DNA of 64,000 nucleotides, taken from an uncultured Clostridia bacterium. GTDB taxonomy: Bacteria > Bacillota > Clostridia > TANB77 > UBA1234. Positions 53,142 through 63,777 of the stretch are shown here, one piece after another; position 1 is the stretch's first letter, and each line of letters starts with the position of its first letter. The notes beneath the pieces are model-generated. The model made no database searches. It was not told the origin of the DNA and saw nothing but the letters and a program-made list of their open reading frames with translations. Location of the stretch: contig CAKPEF010000002.1 in assembly GCA_934149305.1 (NCBI GenBank), forward strand, positions 75,689 to 139,688, written 5' to 3'. A program made the position numbers and the translations under genes.

Positions 53142-53322
53142 TTAGCCTTGCTTGTTTAAGTATGCTGTTAAGGGTTTTTTGAGGCAATCACCAGCATGTT
53201 TTGGTATAGTTACCTTGCCGTGGCTTGCTTGAATGTTTATATTGATAATGAGAACTTTTTGAAGCCCCTATACAATACCATCCATCCTCCCTTAACAGCT
53301 TATCTACTTGTCGGAAATTCAT
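53142..53322 (-). CDS. hicA: HicA-family toxin, interrupted by an in-frame CGG (plus-strand ccg 53218-53220) followed by a +1 frame
   Basis: MNFRQVDKLLREDGWYCIGASKSSHYQYKHSSKP then, after dropping one C, GKVTIPKHAGDCLKKPLTAYLNKQG; RBS AAAGGAGGA. Confidence 0.55.
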
Positions 53323-53401
53323 GACTTTCCTCCTTTCGATAATTAAATTATAATACGCATTATACGTATTGTCAATGATATTATATGACAAAATAATATT
53401 T

Positions 53402-54163
53402 TTATTCAATTTCAAATTCTAACTGCTTTGCGTTTTCTTTAAATAGTTCAAAATCATCACTTGTGAAAAATTCTCTAGTACCATTTTCGGTATTTAAGTT
53501 TTGTATATTGTTTTCTTTTAAATATTTTATGGAGTCTAATGCAGACATAACACCTGCATTTATAAGCTTTACACCGTTTCCTATTTCTTTTTGTATTTTT
53601 TCTTCTAGAATAGGGTAGTGGGTACAACCTAAAATTAAAGATGTGATATTTGTTCCTTTAAATTTTGATATATATTCTTTTATTGCTAAATCAGCAATTT
53701 GTGTTTTTGCAAATCCTTCCTCAACAATTGGCACAAAAAGAGGACAAGCAAGAGATATAACATTCGAATTTGGATTATATTTTTTTATTGCATTTTCCCA
53801 AGCATTACTTTTTATTGTTCCTTTTGTTGCAATAACACCAACATTTTCGTCTTTTATGCTAGATGCTGTTGGAGTTATTATATTTTTTATTGGAATGTCA
53901 TATTCTTTGCAAATGGTGCTAAATGCTTGTGCACTGGCGGTTCCACAGGCGATAACAATCATTTTCACATTTTTTGAAATTAAAAATTCTACAATGTTTC
54001 TTGAAAATTCTATAATTTTTTCTTTAGATTTATCGCCATATGGAAGATGAGCTGTATCACCGTAATATATGTAATTTTCATTTGGCATTAGTTTTAAATA
54101 TTCTTTTAGAACAGTGAGTCCACCGCAACCTGAATCAAACATTCCTATTGGTCTTGTATCCAT
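53402..54163 (-). CDS. murI: glutamate racemase
   Basis: MDTRPIGMFDSGCGGLTVL and second catalytic Cys region GCTHYP. Confidence 0.85.
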   Translation of the reverse strand: MDTRPIGMFDSGCGGLTVLKEYLKLMPNENYIYYGDTAHLPYGDKSKEKIIEFSRNIVEFLISKNVKMIVIACGTASAQAFSTICKEYDIPIKNIITPTASSIKDENVGVIATKGTIKSNAWENAIKKYNPNSNVISLACPLFVPIVEEGFAKTQIADLAIKEYISKFKGTNITSLILGCTHYPILEEKIQKEIGNGVKLINAGVMSALDSIKYLKENNIQNLNTENGTREFFTSDDFELFKENAKQLEFEIE

Positions 54164-54292
54164 TTAAATCAATCTCCTTTTGATAAACTTAAGTTTATTA
54201 TACCATTGTTATATATATATTGCTATTTTTATATATTTATAATAAAATATCATTAAATGACCGATAATACAATAAAGAAGAGGAGGAGAATT

Positions 54293-54610
54293 ATGGTACA
54301 TCATATAGAACCGGGTCAAATAATTGATGAGGTATTAAAGAACGAAGGATTAGTAGTAGTAGATTTTTTTGCAACTTGGTGCGCACCATGTCAAATGTTT
54401 GCACCAGTGCTTGTTGAATTAGAAAAAAAATATGGTGATGAAGTTAAGTTTTATAAAGTGAACATTGATGAAAGTGAAGATGCTGCAATACGCTATGGCG
54501 TTTCATCAGTACCAACACTTATATTTTTTAAAAATGGCGAAGAAATAGATAGGCAAGTGGGATTCGCAGATGAAGATGAACTTTCAAATTGGATTGAAGA
54601 AATGAAATAG
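54293..54610 (+). CDS. trxA: thioredoxin
   Basis: WCAPC active site; 105 aa from the RBS-supported start. Confidence 0.85.
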   Translation: MVHHIEPGQIIDEVLKNEGLVVVDFFATWCAPCQMFAPVLVELEKKYGDEVKFYKVNIDESEDAAIRYGVSSVPTLIFFKNGEEIDRQVGFADEDELSNWIEEMK

Positions 54611-54627
54611 ATTTTGCTTATAAAAAA

Positions 54628-54664
54628 ATCGTAGTGGATATTACTTCACTACGATTTTTTGTGA
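54628..54664. terminator. bidirectional terminator between trxA and the convergent ABC gene
   Basis: Stem atcgtagtg/cactacgat followed by a T-run. Confidence 0.8.
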
Positions 54665-54672
54665 TATGAATA

Positions 54673-55345
54673 CTATTTATTTACTTCTGTTAAAACACCA
54701 TCTTGTATTCTTATTATTCTTTTTGCTTGCTCAGCAACACCGCTGTCATGTGTAATCAAAACGATCGTGTTTCCTTTTGAGTTTAATTCTTTAAATATTT
54801 CCATTACTTCTTTTCCTGATTTAGAATCAAGATTTCCGCGTAGGTTCATCGGCTAAAATAAGAGGAGGATTTGTTATTAAAGCTCTAGCTATTGCAACTC
54901 TTTGTTGTTGTCCACCAGAAAGCTCATTCGGAGTATGGTCTGCTCTTAGTTCGAGCCCAACACTTTTTAATGCTTTTAAAGCCCTTTCACGGCGCTCTTT
55001 TGCTGGTACATTTTGATATATTAAAGGCAATTCAACATTCTCGATTGCTGTTAACTTTGGGAGTAAGTTAAATCCTTGGAATACAAATCCTATTTTATTA
55101 TTTCTAATATCTGCAAGTTCGTCATCACTCATTTTTGAAATAGGCTTTCCATCTAAAATATATGTTCCTTCAGTAGGAACATCAAGGCAACCAAGCATAT
55201 TCATAAGTGTTGATTTTCCTGAACCAGATGGACCAATAATAGAAACAAATTCATGCTCTTCTATGTGAAGGTTTATATGGTTAAGTGCATAAACTTTGTT
55301 TTCTCCCATTTCATAAATTTTTGACATATCTTTTATATCTATCAT
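54673..55345 (-). CDS. MacB/LolD-type ABC transporter ATP-binding protein, interrupted by an in-frame CGG (plus-strand ccg 54836-54838) followed by a +1 frame. No permease gene is adjacent
   Basis: Walker [10 protein letters not shown], signature LSGGQQQR, Walker B ILADEPT, then out of frame [15 protein letters not shown]...ITHD. Confidence 0.65.
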
Positions 55346-55528
55346 AAAAATTCCTTTCAATTTAAGAACTTCTTAGGTTAAGTATAATCGTAAATACCCG
55401 AAAAATCAATAATTAAATAGCAGACTCTATAAAGGGGGAACCTAAAATCAAGTCTGCTATTAAAAGGTATTCACGATTACCTTAAGATTATATTACAATA
55501 CATTTGTGTAAGATTTGTGAATAGAATA

Positions 55529-57058
55529 TCAATTTTGTGTGTCGTTTCCTGAATGTGCTTTTTCTAATTCAAACCAAAATTCAACTCCGCCATCAACATT
55601 TTGTACACCGTAATTCATATGATGCTGTTTCATTATTGCACGAACTAATGAAAGACCGATACCACTTCCGCCAACCTCTCTATTTCTAGAAGAGTCTACT
55701 TTATAAAATCTATTCCAGATTCTTGGAATATCTTCATCAGCTATATTTTCTCCACTATTGAATACAGATATTCTAACAAGTCCGCTTGGTTTGTTATCGT
55801 CAATAGAAATTTTAATTTCTTTCTTGTTGTCTAAGTGTTTCAGAGCATTGTTAAAATAATTTGTTAGTACTTGTTCTATTCTAAAAGTATCACCTTTTAC
55901 TTCTAAATCTTTTTCATAATCAAATGTGACTTTGATTTCTTTTTCATTTAATAATATTTCTTGTTTTCTAATTAGGTTATTTATAAGTTCTGTTATATTA
56001 AAGTTTTGTATATTTAATTCATTTTTGCCATATTCAAGATTTGATAAATCAAGTAATCCTCTTGTAAGTTCAGCCATTTTATTTGCTTCATCAAGAATAA
56101 CATCAAGATAATATTTTCTGCTTTCTTCATCTTGTACGATTCCGTCGCATAATCCTTCTGCGTATCCTTGAATTAAGGCGATTGGCGTTTTTAATTCATG
56201 AGAAACATCAGATATAAATTGACTCCTCATTTCTGAAATTTTAGATGTTTCTTCAATATCTTTTTCTAATTCCATGTTTGCTTTTTTTAGTTCTTGTATT
56301 GTCTTCTCGAGATTAGAGGATAGTGCATTTATACTAGTTCCAAGCATTCCAATCTCGTCATCAGTTGTGACTTCATATTTTTGTGAGAAGTCAAGCTTAG
56401 ACATTTTTTGAGATATTTGATTAAGTTCTTTTAGTGGTTTAGTGAACGTATTAGAAATGATAAGAGCTATAATTCCACTAATTATTATGGCAGATGCACC
56501 GCCGATTATCAAAAATCTATTTGTTATAGAAACACTTTCTTTTATTGATTCCATCGGAGTTCTCATAAAAATATGAAAGTTGTTATCTAATTTACCAACT
56601 AAAAATACGAAATCTGAATTCAAACTGCTGTCTTTTATAACACCGGTATAATAATTATTTCCATTTTGAAAATTCTCTCTAAAATAATCATTATTTAGGT
56701 AAAGGCTAACATCTAATTTTGAAAGTAAAAATCTATTTCTAGTAAAATCTTTTGAAGTAGTATAAATCGTGATTTCACCACCATTTTGAACAACGATGTC
56801 AACATTACTCATTGAATCAATTTTTTCAAGTTCAGACTCTATATCCTTTGAATCAGTGTCATAGTCATAATTGCTATAGATTTTGTTTACTTGTGAATAT
56901 AAGTGGCTAAGATCGTGCTTTTTTGTATATATGTAAAATTCCTCAAGCACGAGAGTATTTAAAATCCAAATAATGCTCACAACAATAAAAACTAGTAAAG
57001 CAAAGCATAAAAATAATTTATCATTTACAGACTTTTTCATGCGTAACATTCCTTTCAA
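55529..57058 (-). CDS. sensor histidine kinase (HAMP, HisKA, HATPase)
   Basis: H-box SHELKTPIALIQGYAE; G-boxes GGSGIGL. Confidence 0.8.
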   Translation of the reverse strand: MKGMLRMKKSVNDKLFLCFALLVFIVVSIIWILNTLVLEEFYIYTKKHDLSHLYSQVNKIYSNYDYDTDSKDIESELEKIDSMSNVDIVVQNGGEITIYTTSKDFTRNRFLLSKLDVSLYLNNDYFRENFQNGNNYYTGVIKDSSLNSDFVFLVGKLDNNFHIFMRTPMESIKESVSITNRFLIIGGASAIIISGIIALIISNTFTKPLKELNQISQKMSKLDFSQKYEVTTDDEIGMLGTSINALSSNLEKTIQELKKANMELEKDIEETSKISEMRSQFISDVSHELKTPIALIQGYAEGLCDGIVQDEESRKYYLDVILDEANKMAELTRGLLDLSNLEYGKNELNIQNFNITELINNLIRKQEILLNEKEIKVTFDYEKDLEVKGDTFRIEQVLTNYFNNALKHLDNKKEIKISIDDNKPSGLVRISVFNSGENIADEDIPRIWNRFYKVDSSRNREVGGSGIGLSLVRAIMKQHHMNYGVQNVDGGVEFWFELEKAHSGNDTQN

Positions 57059-57060
57059 AA

Positions 57061-57729
57061 TTATTCAAATTTGTATCCTAGACCGCGAATTGTTTGAATG
57101 TGTTCGCCTTTTTTGCCCATTTTCTTTCTTAGCTTTTTAATATGACTATCTATTGTTCTAGAATCTCCATAATAATCATAATTCCATACATTATTTAAGA
57201 TTTTTTCTCTAGATAAAGCTACACCTTTGTTAGAAATTAAATATTGCAATAATTCAAATTCTTTCATACTTAAATCAGCATTTTGTCCATCGATTGTAAC
57301 AACGTGAGCAGATTCATCTATAACAATACCATCAAATTCTGTTATTTCTTTGTTTTCAGGATAACATCTTGCAAGTAGTGCTTCGACTCTAGCAACTAGA
57401 ATCTTTGGACTAAATGGTTTTGATATATATTCATCAACTCCAAGCTCAAAGCCAAATAATTCATCCCTTTCTTCGCCCCTTGCTGTAAGCATGATAACAG
57501 GAACTTTTGAAGTTTTTCTAAGCTCTCTAAGGGTTGCCCAACCATCTAAAACTGGCATCATGACATCTAACAAAATTAAGCTTATATCTTTGTTTTCTTC
57601 AAAAATATCAAGTGCCTTCTGACCATTTTCTGCCTCTAAAATTTCATAATTATTTGCAGACAAAAAGTCGTTTAAAAGCTTTCTCATTCTACTTTCATCG
57701 TCTACGACAAGTATTTTAAATTTTTTCAT
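57061..57729 (-). CDS. OmpR-family response regulator
   Basis: REC domain followed by a winged-helix C-terminus. Confidence 0.8.
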   Translation of the reverse strand: MKKFKILVVDDESRMRKLLNDFLSANNYEILEAENGQKALDIFEENKDISLILLDVMMPVLDGWATLRELRKTSKVPVIMLTARGEERDELFGFELGVDEYISKPFSPKILVARVEALLARCYPENKEITEFDGIVIDESAHVVTIDGQNADLSMKEFELLQYLISNKGVALSREKILNNVWNYDYYGDSRTIDSHIKKLRKKMGKKGEHIQTIRGLGYKFE

Positions 57730-57815
57730 AAATTCTCATTCCTTTCGTTAATACTTATTGAATTTTATAATTTTTATATGTTTTTTTAGTGAAAAAAACA
57801 TATATTTTAAGAAAA

Positions 57816-58493
57816 CTATTTTAATAAATAGATTTTAATAAGTGCTATCAAAAGCATGTGTAAAGGGTAAAAAACATAAAAATAATATTTTAACGATTTG
57901 CCTTTTTGGCCATTGTAAAACAAAATAAAAGGTAGTGCAAGTAGCATGTACATTTGTAATGTGCTGTTTCTTATAAGTAGGTAGGCAATTGCAATTGCTA
58001 GCATACCTGGCACCATGAGCCACTTTTTATCTTTGCAAAAATAAGACAAGATTACAATTAAGACTGCAAATATACCATAATCCATAGGAATTACAATCGA
58101 TATTAATGCTAAAAATATTGACACGACATAAAAAATAGGTGTTTCTTTACCTTTTTCTATGAAAAATAATGATAAAAGAGCAATAGTAAATGTAAAGCAT
58201 ATATTTAGTGAAAAATGTGAAATGTTTTCAGGTATAAGTGCTGGAATGAAATTTGCTGACGAGAGTAACAGTAAAAAGGGAATTTCTGAAACTATTCCGC
58301 AAAGCAACATTCTAAGAATATATTTTGATTTAGAATGTGTATGTTTAAAACCTACTCCGACTTGAAAAGCGAAAATAGGCATTGCAATTCTTCCTACAAT
58401 CCTCATGAGTCTATTATTATCAAAAAGAGCTAGACCTAAATGGTCTACAAACATTGTTATGCAAGCAACTAATTTTAAAGCGAAAGAAGACAT
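57816..58493 (-). CDS. TraX-family membrane protein (tentative)
   Basis: Polytopic; N-terminus LKLVACITMFVDHLG resembles TraX. Confidence 0.4.
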   Translation of the reverse strand: MSSFALKLVACITMFVDHLGLALFDNNRLMRIVGRIAMPIFAFQVGVGFKHTHSKSKYILRMLLCGIVSEIPFLLLLSSANFIPALIPENISHFSLNICFTFTIALLSLFFIEKGKETPIFYVVSIFLALISIVIPMDYGIFAVLIVILSYFCKDKKWLMVPGMLAIAIAYLLIRNSTLQMYMLLALPFILFYNGQKGKSLKYYFYVFYPLHMLLIALIKIYLLK

Positions 58494-58626
58494 AAAATAC
58501 CTCCATGTACATTTTTATAAATTTAATGATATCATGAAAAGTTTTTAATGTAAATAAAGTGAAAATTATAAATTCCTTATTGCAGAAATATGTAGATTTT
58601 TGTATATTAATGTGAGAGGTGTAAAC

Positions 58627-59481
58627 ATGGATAAAATTGAGCTAAAGAATGTTGAAGATTTTAATTTGACACATATTTTAGAATGTGGGCAATGTTTTAG
58701 ATGGAAAAAAGAAAACGACGGAAGTTACACTGGAGTTATAAAAGCTGGTGTTATGAATGTAAGTTCAAATGATGGAAAAGACATATGCTTCACATACGAG
58801 TTGTCAGGTGACGCAAATCAAATAATAGAAAATTATTTTGATTTAAAAAGAGACTATAAAAAAATAAAAGATGTTATATCTGTCGAAGATAAAAATATGA
58901 TAGAAGCGATAAAATATGGTTATGGGATAAGAATATTAAAGCAAGATCCATGGGAGATGCTAATAAGCTATATAATATCAGCCGCAAATAATATTCCAAG
59001 AATTTCAAAAACGATAGAAAATATCTCTAAAGAATATGGTAGAAAGATAAAATTTAGCAATAAAGAATATTATTTATTTCCTACATCTAAAGAGCTATCT
59101 AAGGCGAGCATAGAAGATTTTAGAAGACTCAATTTAGGCTTTAGAGACAAATATGTATATGGTGCGGTTCAAGATGTTGTGAGTGGAACAGTTGATTTAG
59201 AAAAGATAAACCAACTAAAATACAAAGAAGCCAAAAAGGAGTTAATGAAGATCAAAGGAGTTGGCTCAAAAGTGGCCGATTGCATACTTTTATTTTCAAT
59301 GAATAAAATAGAGGCTTTTCCAATAGACACATGGATAAAAAAGGTTATGACAGAATTGTATAGTACCCAAAACAGCTTAAAAGACATAGAAAAATGTGCT
59401 ACCGAGCGATTTGGTGAATACGCAGGAATAGCACAACAATATCTATTTTATTACATGAGAGAAAAAGATAAAGCAAAATAA
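58627..59481 (+). CDS. ogg: 8-oxoguanine DNA glycosylase (Ogg, HhH-GPD)
   Basis: OGG_N-like CGQCFRW and HhH KIKGVGSKVADCILLF with catalytic Lys/Asp. Confidence 0.7.
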   Translation: MDKIELKNVEDFNLTHILECGQCFRWKKENDGSYTGVIKAGVMNVSSNDGKDICFTYELSGDANQIIENYFDLKRDYKKIKDVISVEDKNMIEAIKYGYGIRILKQDPWEMLISYIISAANNIPRISKTIENISKEYGRKIKFSNKEYYLFPTSKELSKASIEDFRRLNLGFRDKYVYGAVQDVVSGTVDLEKINQLKYKEAKKELMKIKGVGSKVADCILLFSMNKIEAFPIDTWIKKVMTELYSTQNSLKDIEKCATERFGEYAGIAQQYLFYYMREKDKAK

Positions 59482-59484
59482 ATT

Positions 59485-59757
59485 TTAATCATTGTGATTT
59501 TTTATAACATTATTCGCTACATCAATGACTAAACCACCGATTGTAAACTCTGAAAATAGGGTTATTGCAGAATAAACAAGCGAAGTGCCCAAAGTATACA
59601 TACTTATTGTTTGAAGTACATTTTTATTGTACGCAATTAAGCTAATACCGATAATGCAAAGTGCTACAGATGTAATCGAGCCTGCAATTATAACATGCTT
59701 TGAAAATTTATTTATTGAATTTAACTTTTCCATAATTTTATTAAACATAATAACCAT
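59485..59757 (-). CDS. hypothetical small membrane protein
   Basis: ORF; hydrophobic. Confidence 0.35.
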   Translation of the reverse strand: MVIMFNKIMEKLNSINKFSKHVIIAGSITSVALCIIGISLIAYNKNVLQTISMYTLGTSLVYSAITLFSEFTIGGLVIDVANNVIKNHND

Positions 59758-60170
59758 CTCCTCATAAGTTTCAAGCTTACAATCTTTTCATTTGCTATAA
59801 CACAATTATAGCACGGTAAACATAAAAAATCAATCAGAAAAAGCTTGGAAAAGCTTGGTACACAAGGAATTAACTAAACAAATGCTACGGAAACACAGAT
59901 TACATAAAACAAAAAAATTTTTGAGATAAAAATCACTTTTTTTATATTTATAGCTAAAATTATAGGGAAATAAGCATTTGCACGCAACACACAGAAATAA
60001 GTTACTGCATAAAAAAGATGGAAAATTGGAAATTACTAGGAAATTGTTTGGGCCTATTGTGAAATTTAAGTAATATTAGAATGCTTTTAAATAGATGTCA
60101 CAGTGAAATTGGACATCTATTTTAGGCAAAAAAAATAAGTCGAGCTTGGCTCGACATATAAAAATAATTT

Positions 60171-60434
60171 TTATTTAATAGTATTAAGTGTTTTAGCAAG
60201 ACTTGCTTTTTTTCTAGAAGCTGTGTTTGCTTTAATTACACCTTTATTAGCAGCTTTATCTACAGCTTTAGTAGCAACTTTGAATTTTTCTATAGCTAAA
60301 TCTTTGTCGCCGGCTTCAACAGCAGCTTTAAAGTTTTTAGTTGCAGTTTTGTATGCAGTTTTTACAACAGCATTGTCTTCTGTTTTTGTTTTAATTGTAT
60401 TTACTCTTTTAATAGCAGATTTAATATTTGGCAT
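60171..60434 (-). CDS. rpsT: 30S ribosomal protein S20
   Basis: MPNIKSAIKRV N-terminus; the track ORF is over-extended upstream. Confidence 0.85.
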   Translation of the reverse strand: MPNIKSAIKRVNTIKTKTEDNAVVKTAYKTATKNFKAAVEAGDKDLAIEKFKVATKAVDKAANKGVIKANTASRKKASLAKTLNTIK

Positions 60435-60682
60435 TACTAGCACCTCCTTTTGTACGCATCGTAGACAATTTACGAAAACTAGTTTAGCACATATTTTTAC
60501 AAAAAGCAAGCATTATTTATACATATAAAGAGAACTAAAGTTCTGTATTTTTTTGCTAATGCTATTGACAATACAAAAAAACTCAAGTATAATAGCATAT
60601 GTTATGAAGAGGAGAGACTAATTGAGAAACGAGCACAAATAGTTAATAACAAAATGTTTAAGCTTCGGAAGGAGGGAAAAGA

Positions 60683-60856
60683 ATGTCAGGAATAAAAATT
60701 AGAGATAACGAATCTATAGATAATGCATTAAAAAGATTTAAGAGAGATTGCGCTAGAAGTGGAGTTTTACAAGAGGTTAGAAAGAGAGAACATTACGAAA
60801 AACCTAGTGTAAAAAGAAAGAAGAAATCTGAAGCTGCAAGAAAAAGAAAATTTTAA
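60683..60856 (+). CDS. rpsU: 30S ribosomal protein S21 (57 aa, absent from the ORF track)
   Basis: RBS GGAGGG; [57 protein letters not shown]. Confidence 0.85.
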   Translation: MSGIKIRDNESIDNALKRFKRDCARSGVLQEVRKREHYEKPSVKRKKKSEAARKRKF

Positions 60857-60933
60857 TAATACATAAGTCTGTTAGGGGGTCGCATTCATGAGTGTGACCC
60901 TTTAAATTTAAATTAAAGGAGGTTTTTTATAGT

Positions 60934-61374
60934 ATGTTAAAAGAGAAGTTATTACAAGATTTTAAAGAAGCAATGAAAGAAAAAAATGAATTAAAGAAAA
61001 ATACCGTAATGATGGTTAGAGCAGCAGTATTACAAATCGAAAAAGACACGCAAAAAGAAGTTTTAGATGACCAAATTTTAGAGATAATTGCAAAAGAAGT
61101 TAAAAAGAGAAAAGAATCACTTGCAGACTACGAAAAAAGTGGCAGAGAAGATTTAATAAGACAAATAAATGATGAAATCGCAATCTTGAAAGAGTACTTG
61201 CCAGAAGAGCTTAGCGAAGAAGAAATTAGAAAAATAGTAGAGGAAGCAATAAAAGAAACAGGTGCTGAGACAATAAAAGATATGGGCAAAGTGATGCAGG
61301 CAGCAAAAGCAAAATCTGCTGGTAGAGCGGACAATAAAGTTATAAATGAAATTGTTAGAGAATTCTTAAAATAA
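60934..61374 (+). CDS. yqeY: GatB/YqeY domain protein
   Basis: Typical YqeY N-terminus; classical rpsU-yqeY linkage. Confidence 0.75.
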   Translation: MLKEKLLQDFKEAMKEKNELKKNTVMMVRAAVLQIEKDTQKEVLDDQILEIIAKEVKKRKESLADYEKSGREDLIRQINDEIAILKEYLPEELSEEEIRKIVEEAIKETGAETIKDMGKVMQAAKAKSAGRADNKVINEIVREFLK

Positions 61375-61383
61375 AATTTTAAA

Positions 61384-61420
61384 AGCAACCATAGCACAAG
61401 ATGCCGTGGTTGCTTTTTAT
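61384..61420 (+). terminator. rho-independent terminator
   Basis: Stem aagcaacca/tggttgctt followed by a T-run. Confidence 0.75.
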
Positions 61421-61573
61421 AATTTTATATACTTGATTAAAATGTTATCTTCTTTTTGCGTAAATCCTCAATATTAGTTGATTTTTATCATATTTTGTCT
61501 ATTGACAAAATACTACATAAATAGTAATCTAAAAGTGAGAGTTTAAGTAAATATAACAGGAAGGAGTATTCAT

Positions 61574-63169
61574 ATGGGGGTTAGTTTCAAAAAGATTTTT
61601 AGTGAAAATGAAGAAGAATTAGTTGTAAATAGAAGCCGAAATGCAATAAAAGCTTTGATTTATATGGCAATTGCAGTTGTATGTATAATAGTTATTGCAG
61701 TGGTAATTAAATATTCAGGAGACAAAGATGCGATAAGGAGAGACAAAATAATTCATGATATACAAGCGGTTAGAACGGCGGTAGAAAGCAGAGCTAAAGA
61801 TTACAAAATAAGTCCAACAACAGCAGAACTTGTGGGTACTAGCTTGAAAGAAAATCCAATCGTACTTACAATCAACGGTGTTGAAGAAGAATATAGATAT
61901 GGGTATTACTATGTTACTCCTGAAGAGTTAGCATCATTAACACAAGCATTGAATTTAAAAAGTGAAGCATATATCGTAAATTATGATACGTACGATGTAA
62001 TAAATTATAAAGGTATTGTATATGCCAGAGGAAGATATCATTCATATGATGATTTATTACTTATCAAAAGTGGAAAAAAACCTGCTAAAAAGCAAATTAT
62101 AAGAACAATTGAAGATTTAAATAATATTAGAAATGATCCATCAGGACATTATAAACTTTCAAGTAATTTAGATTTGTCTTCATATGAACTTGGCGAAGGT
62201 TGGAGACCAATACCACAATTTAGTGGCACACTTGATGGAAGAGGATATACAATAAGCAATTTAACAATAGCAAGACCTTCTTCAAGATATGTTGGACTTT
62301 TTGAAAATCTAACAGATACAGCCAGAGTTACTAACATAAAGTTTGAAAATGTTAGTGTAAGAGGTGGTGAATATGTTGGAACATTAGCAGGAAGCAACGC
62401 AGGAAATATTAGCAATGTAACAATTAGTAGCGGAAGTGTAAATGGACAAACAAATTACACTGGAGGATTAGTTGGGTCACACAACAATGGTATTATTTCA
62501 AATTGTGTAGTTTTATTGGATCAAATAAATGGTTATTCTTCGGTGGGTGGCGTAGTTGGAACATTATATTCTGGCACGCTAACAAAGAGTGGTGCAAAAA
62601 CAAGTATAAAAGGTAGGGAGTCAGTAGGCGGAGTTATTGGTATGGTAGCGATAGAGGATGCAACATATGTACAACAAGTATGTGCTAACACCCAAATAAC
62701 TGGTACAAACAGCTTGGGCGGTTTGATAGGAACACTTCAAATATTGACAGATGATAGAATAGAACTTGAAAACTCATATAGTAAGGGTACAATAAATGGC
62801 ACTCACAAAAATGCAGGTGGTTTAGTAGGAATGATAACAAGTGTTGGTGATGCTAACATATATTTTAACGCTTTATATGCAGATGTGGATATTCTAAATA
62901 AAGATGTTACATCAGGTGGATGTGTTGGTTATTTTGATGTTTCTGTAACATCAAATGCAATAGTAAAAGACTGTTTCTGGGAGAAAGATTTAGCTCCAGG
63001 AGAAGTACTTAGAGACATTGGTACAAAAGCTGCAAACTCAATTACATTTAGTTTTGATGATGAAACGCCAGAAGACATGAGGATTCGTAACACATTTGTA
63101 AATTGGAATTTTGATATTTGGGGTATAGATGAAAGAGTAAGAACTCCATATTTAAGATGGGAAGTTTAA
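61574..63169 (+). CDS. membrane-anchored protein with GLUG-like Gly-rich repeats (GGxVG)
   Basis: N-terminal TM; repeated GGLVG/GGVIG/GGLIG units. Confidence 0.5.
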   Translation: MGVSFKKIFSENEEELVVNRSRNAIKALIYMAIAVVCIIVIAVVIKYSGDKDAIRRDKIIHDIQAVRTAVESRAKDYKISPTTAELVGTSLKENPIVLTINGVEEEYRYGYYYVTPEELASLTQALNLKSEAYIVNYDTYDVINYKGIVYARGRYHSYDDLLLIKSGKKPAKKQIIRTIEDLNNIRNDPSGHYKLSSNLDLSSYELGEGWRPIPQFSGTLDGRGYTISNLTIARPSSRYVGLFENLTDTARVTNIKFENVSVRGGEYVGTLAGSNAGNISNVTISSGSVNGQTNYTGGLVGSHNNGIISNCVVLLDQINGYSSVGGVVGTLYSGTLTKSGAKTSIKGRESVGGVIGMVAIEDATYVQQVCANTQITGTNSLGGLIGTLQILTDDRIELENSYSKGTINGTHKNAGGLVGMITSVGDANIYFNALYADVDILNKDVTSGGCVGYFDVSVTSNAIVKDCFWEKDLAPGEVLRDIGTKAANSITFSFDDETPEDMRIRNTFVNWNFDIWGIDERVRTPYLRWEV

Positions 63170-63175
63170 AATTAA

Positions 63176-63203
63176 AAAGAGTCGCCAACTAGCGACTCTT
63201 TTG
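63176..63203 (+). terminator. rho-independent terminator
   Basis: Stem agagtcgc/gcgactct followed by a T-run. Confidence 0.75.
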
Positions 63204-63302
63204 CACAAATGTAATAAGTAAAAGATAAAAATGAAGTAATGGAGCTTAAGTTGGGCTTTGAAAAAAATATATTGCTTCAAACATATTAAGGAGGGATATA
63301 CC

Positions 63303-63773
63303 TTGAAAAGGCAAAAAGGTGTCTCAATGGTAACACTTGTAATTTCAATTGTGGTTATGATTATAATTTTATCTATCGTAATAAACTCTAGTATAAATAG
63401 TGTAAATGAAACCAACCTTACAAAGATAGACAACGAAATAGGAGATCTAAAAAATGCAGTAGCAATAAGAATAACAAACTATCAAAGAAATTCCACATTA
63501 TATCCAATAGTTGGTCAAAAAATAGGTGATAATGTTTTTGAATACATAAGGTCAATTGAGAGATTGAGTTCATCTGAAATTGGAGATATAATAGATGAAA
63601 TAGTAAAGGATTATTCGAGTGAAAATGCAGATTATTATAGATTAGTTGGAAAGACTGAGGCAGAAAAACTGGGAATCGAAAATGTAGAAAATGATCACTA
63701 TTATGTTGTTGATTATATAAACGGTGAAGTTTATGGCCCTGTAGATTCACAAATTGTAAGTAATGGAGGTTAG
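63303..63773 (+). CDS. pilin-like/pseudopilin protein with a class III (prepilin) type signal (TTG start)
   Basis: KRQKG/VSMVTLVISIVVMIIIL N-terminus; RBS AAGGAGGG. Confidence 0.5.
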   Translation: MKRQKGVSMVTLVISIVVMIIILSIVINSSINSVNETNLTKIDNEIGDLKNAVAIRITNYQRNSTLYPIVGQKIGDNVFEYIRSIERLSSSEIGDIIDEIVKDYSSENADYYRLVGKTEAEKLGIENVENDHYYVVDYINGEVYGPVDSQIVSNGG

Positions 63774-63777
63774 TGCT

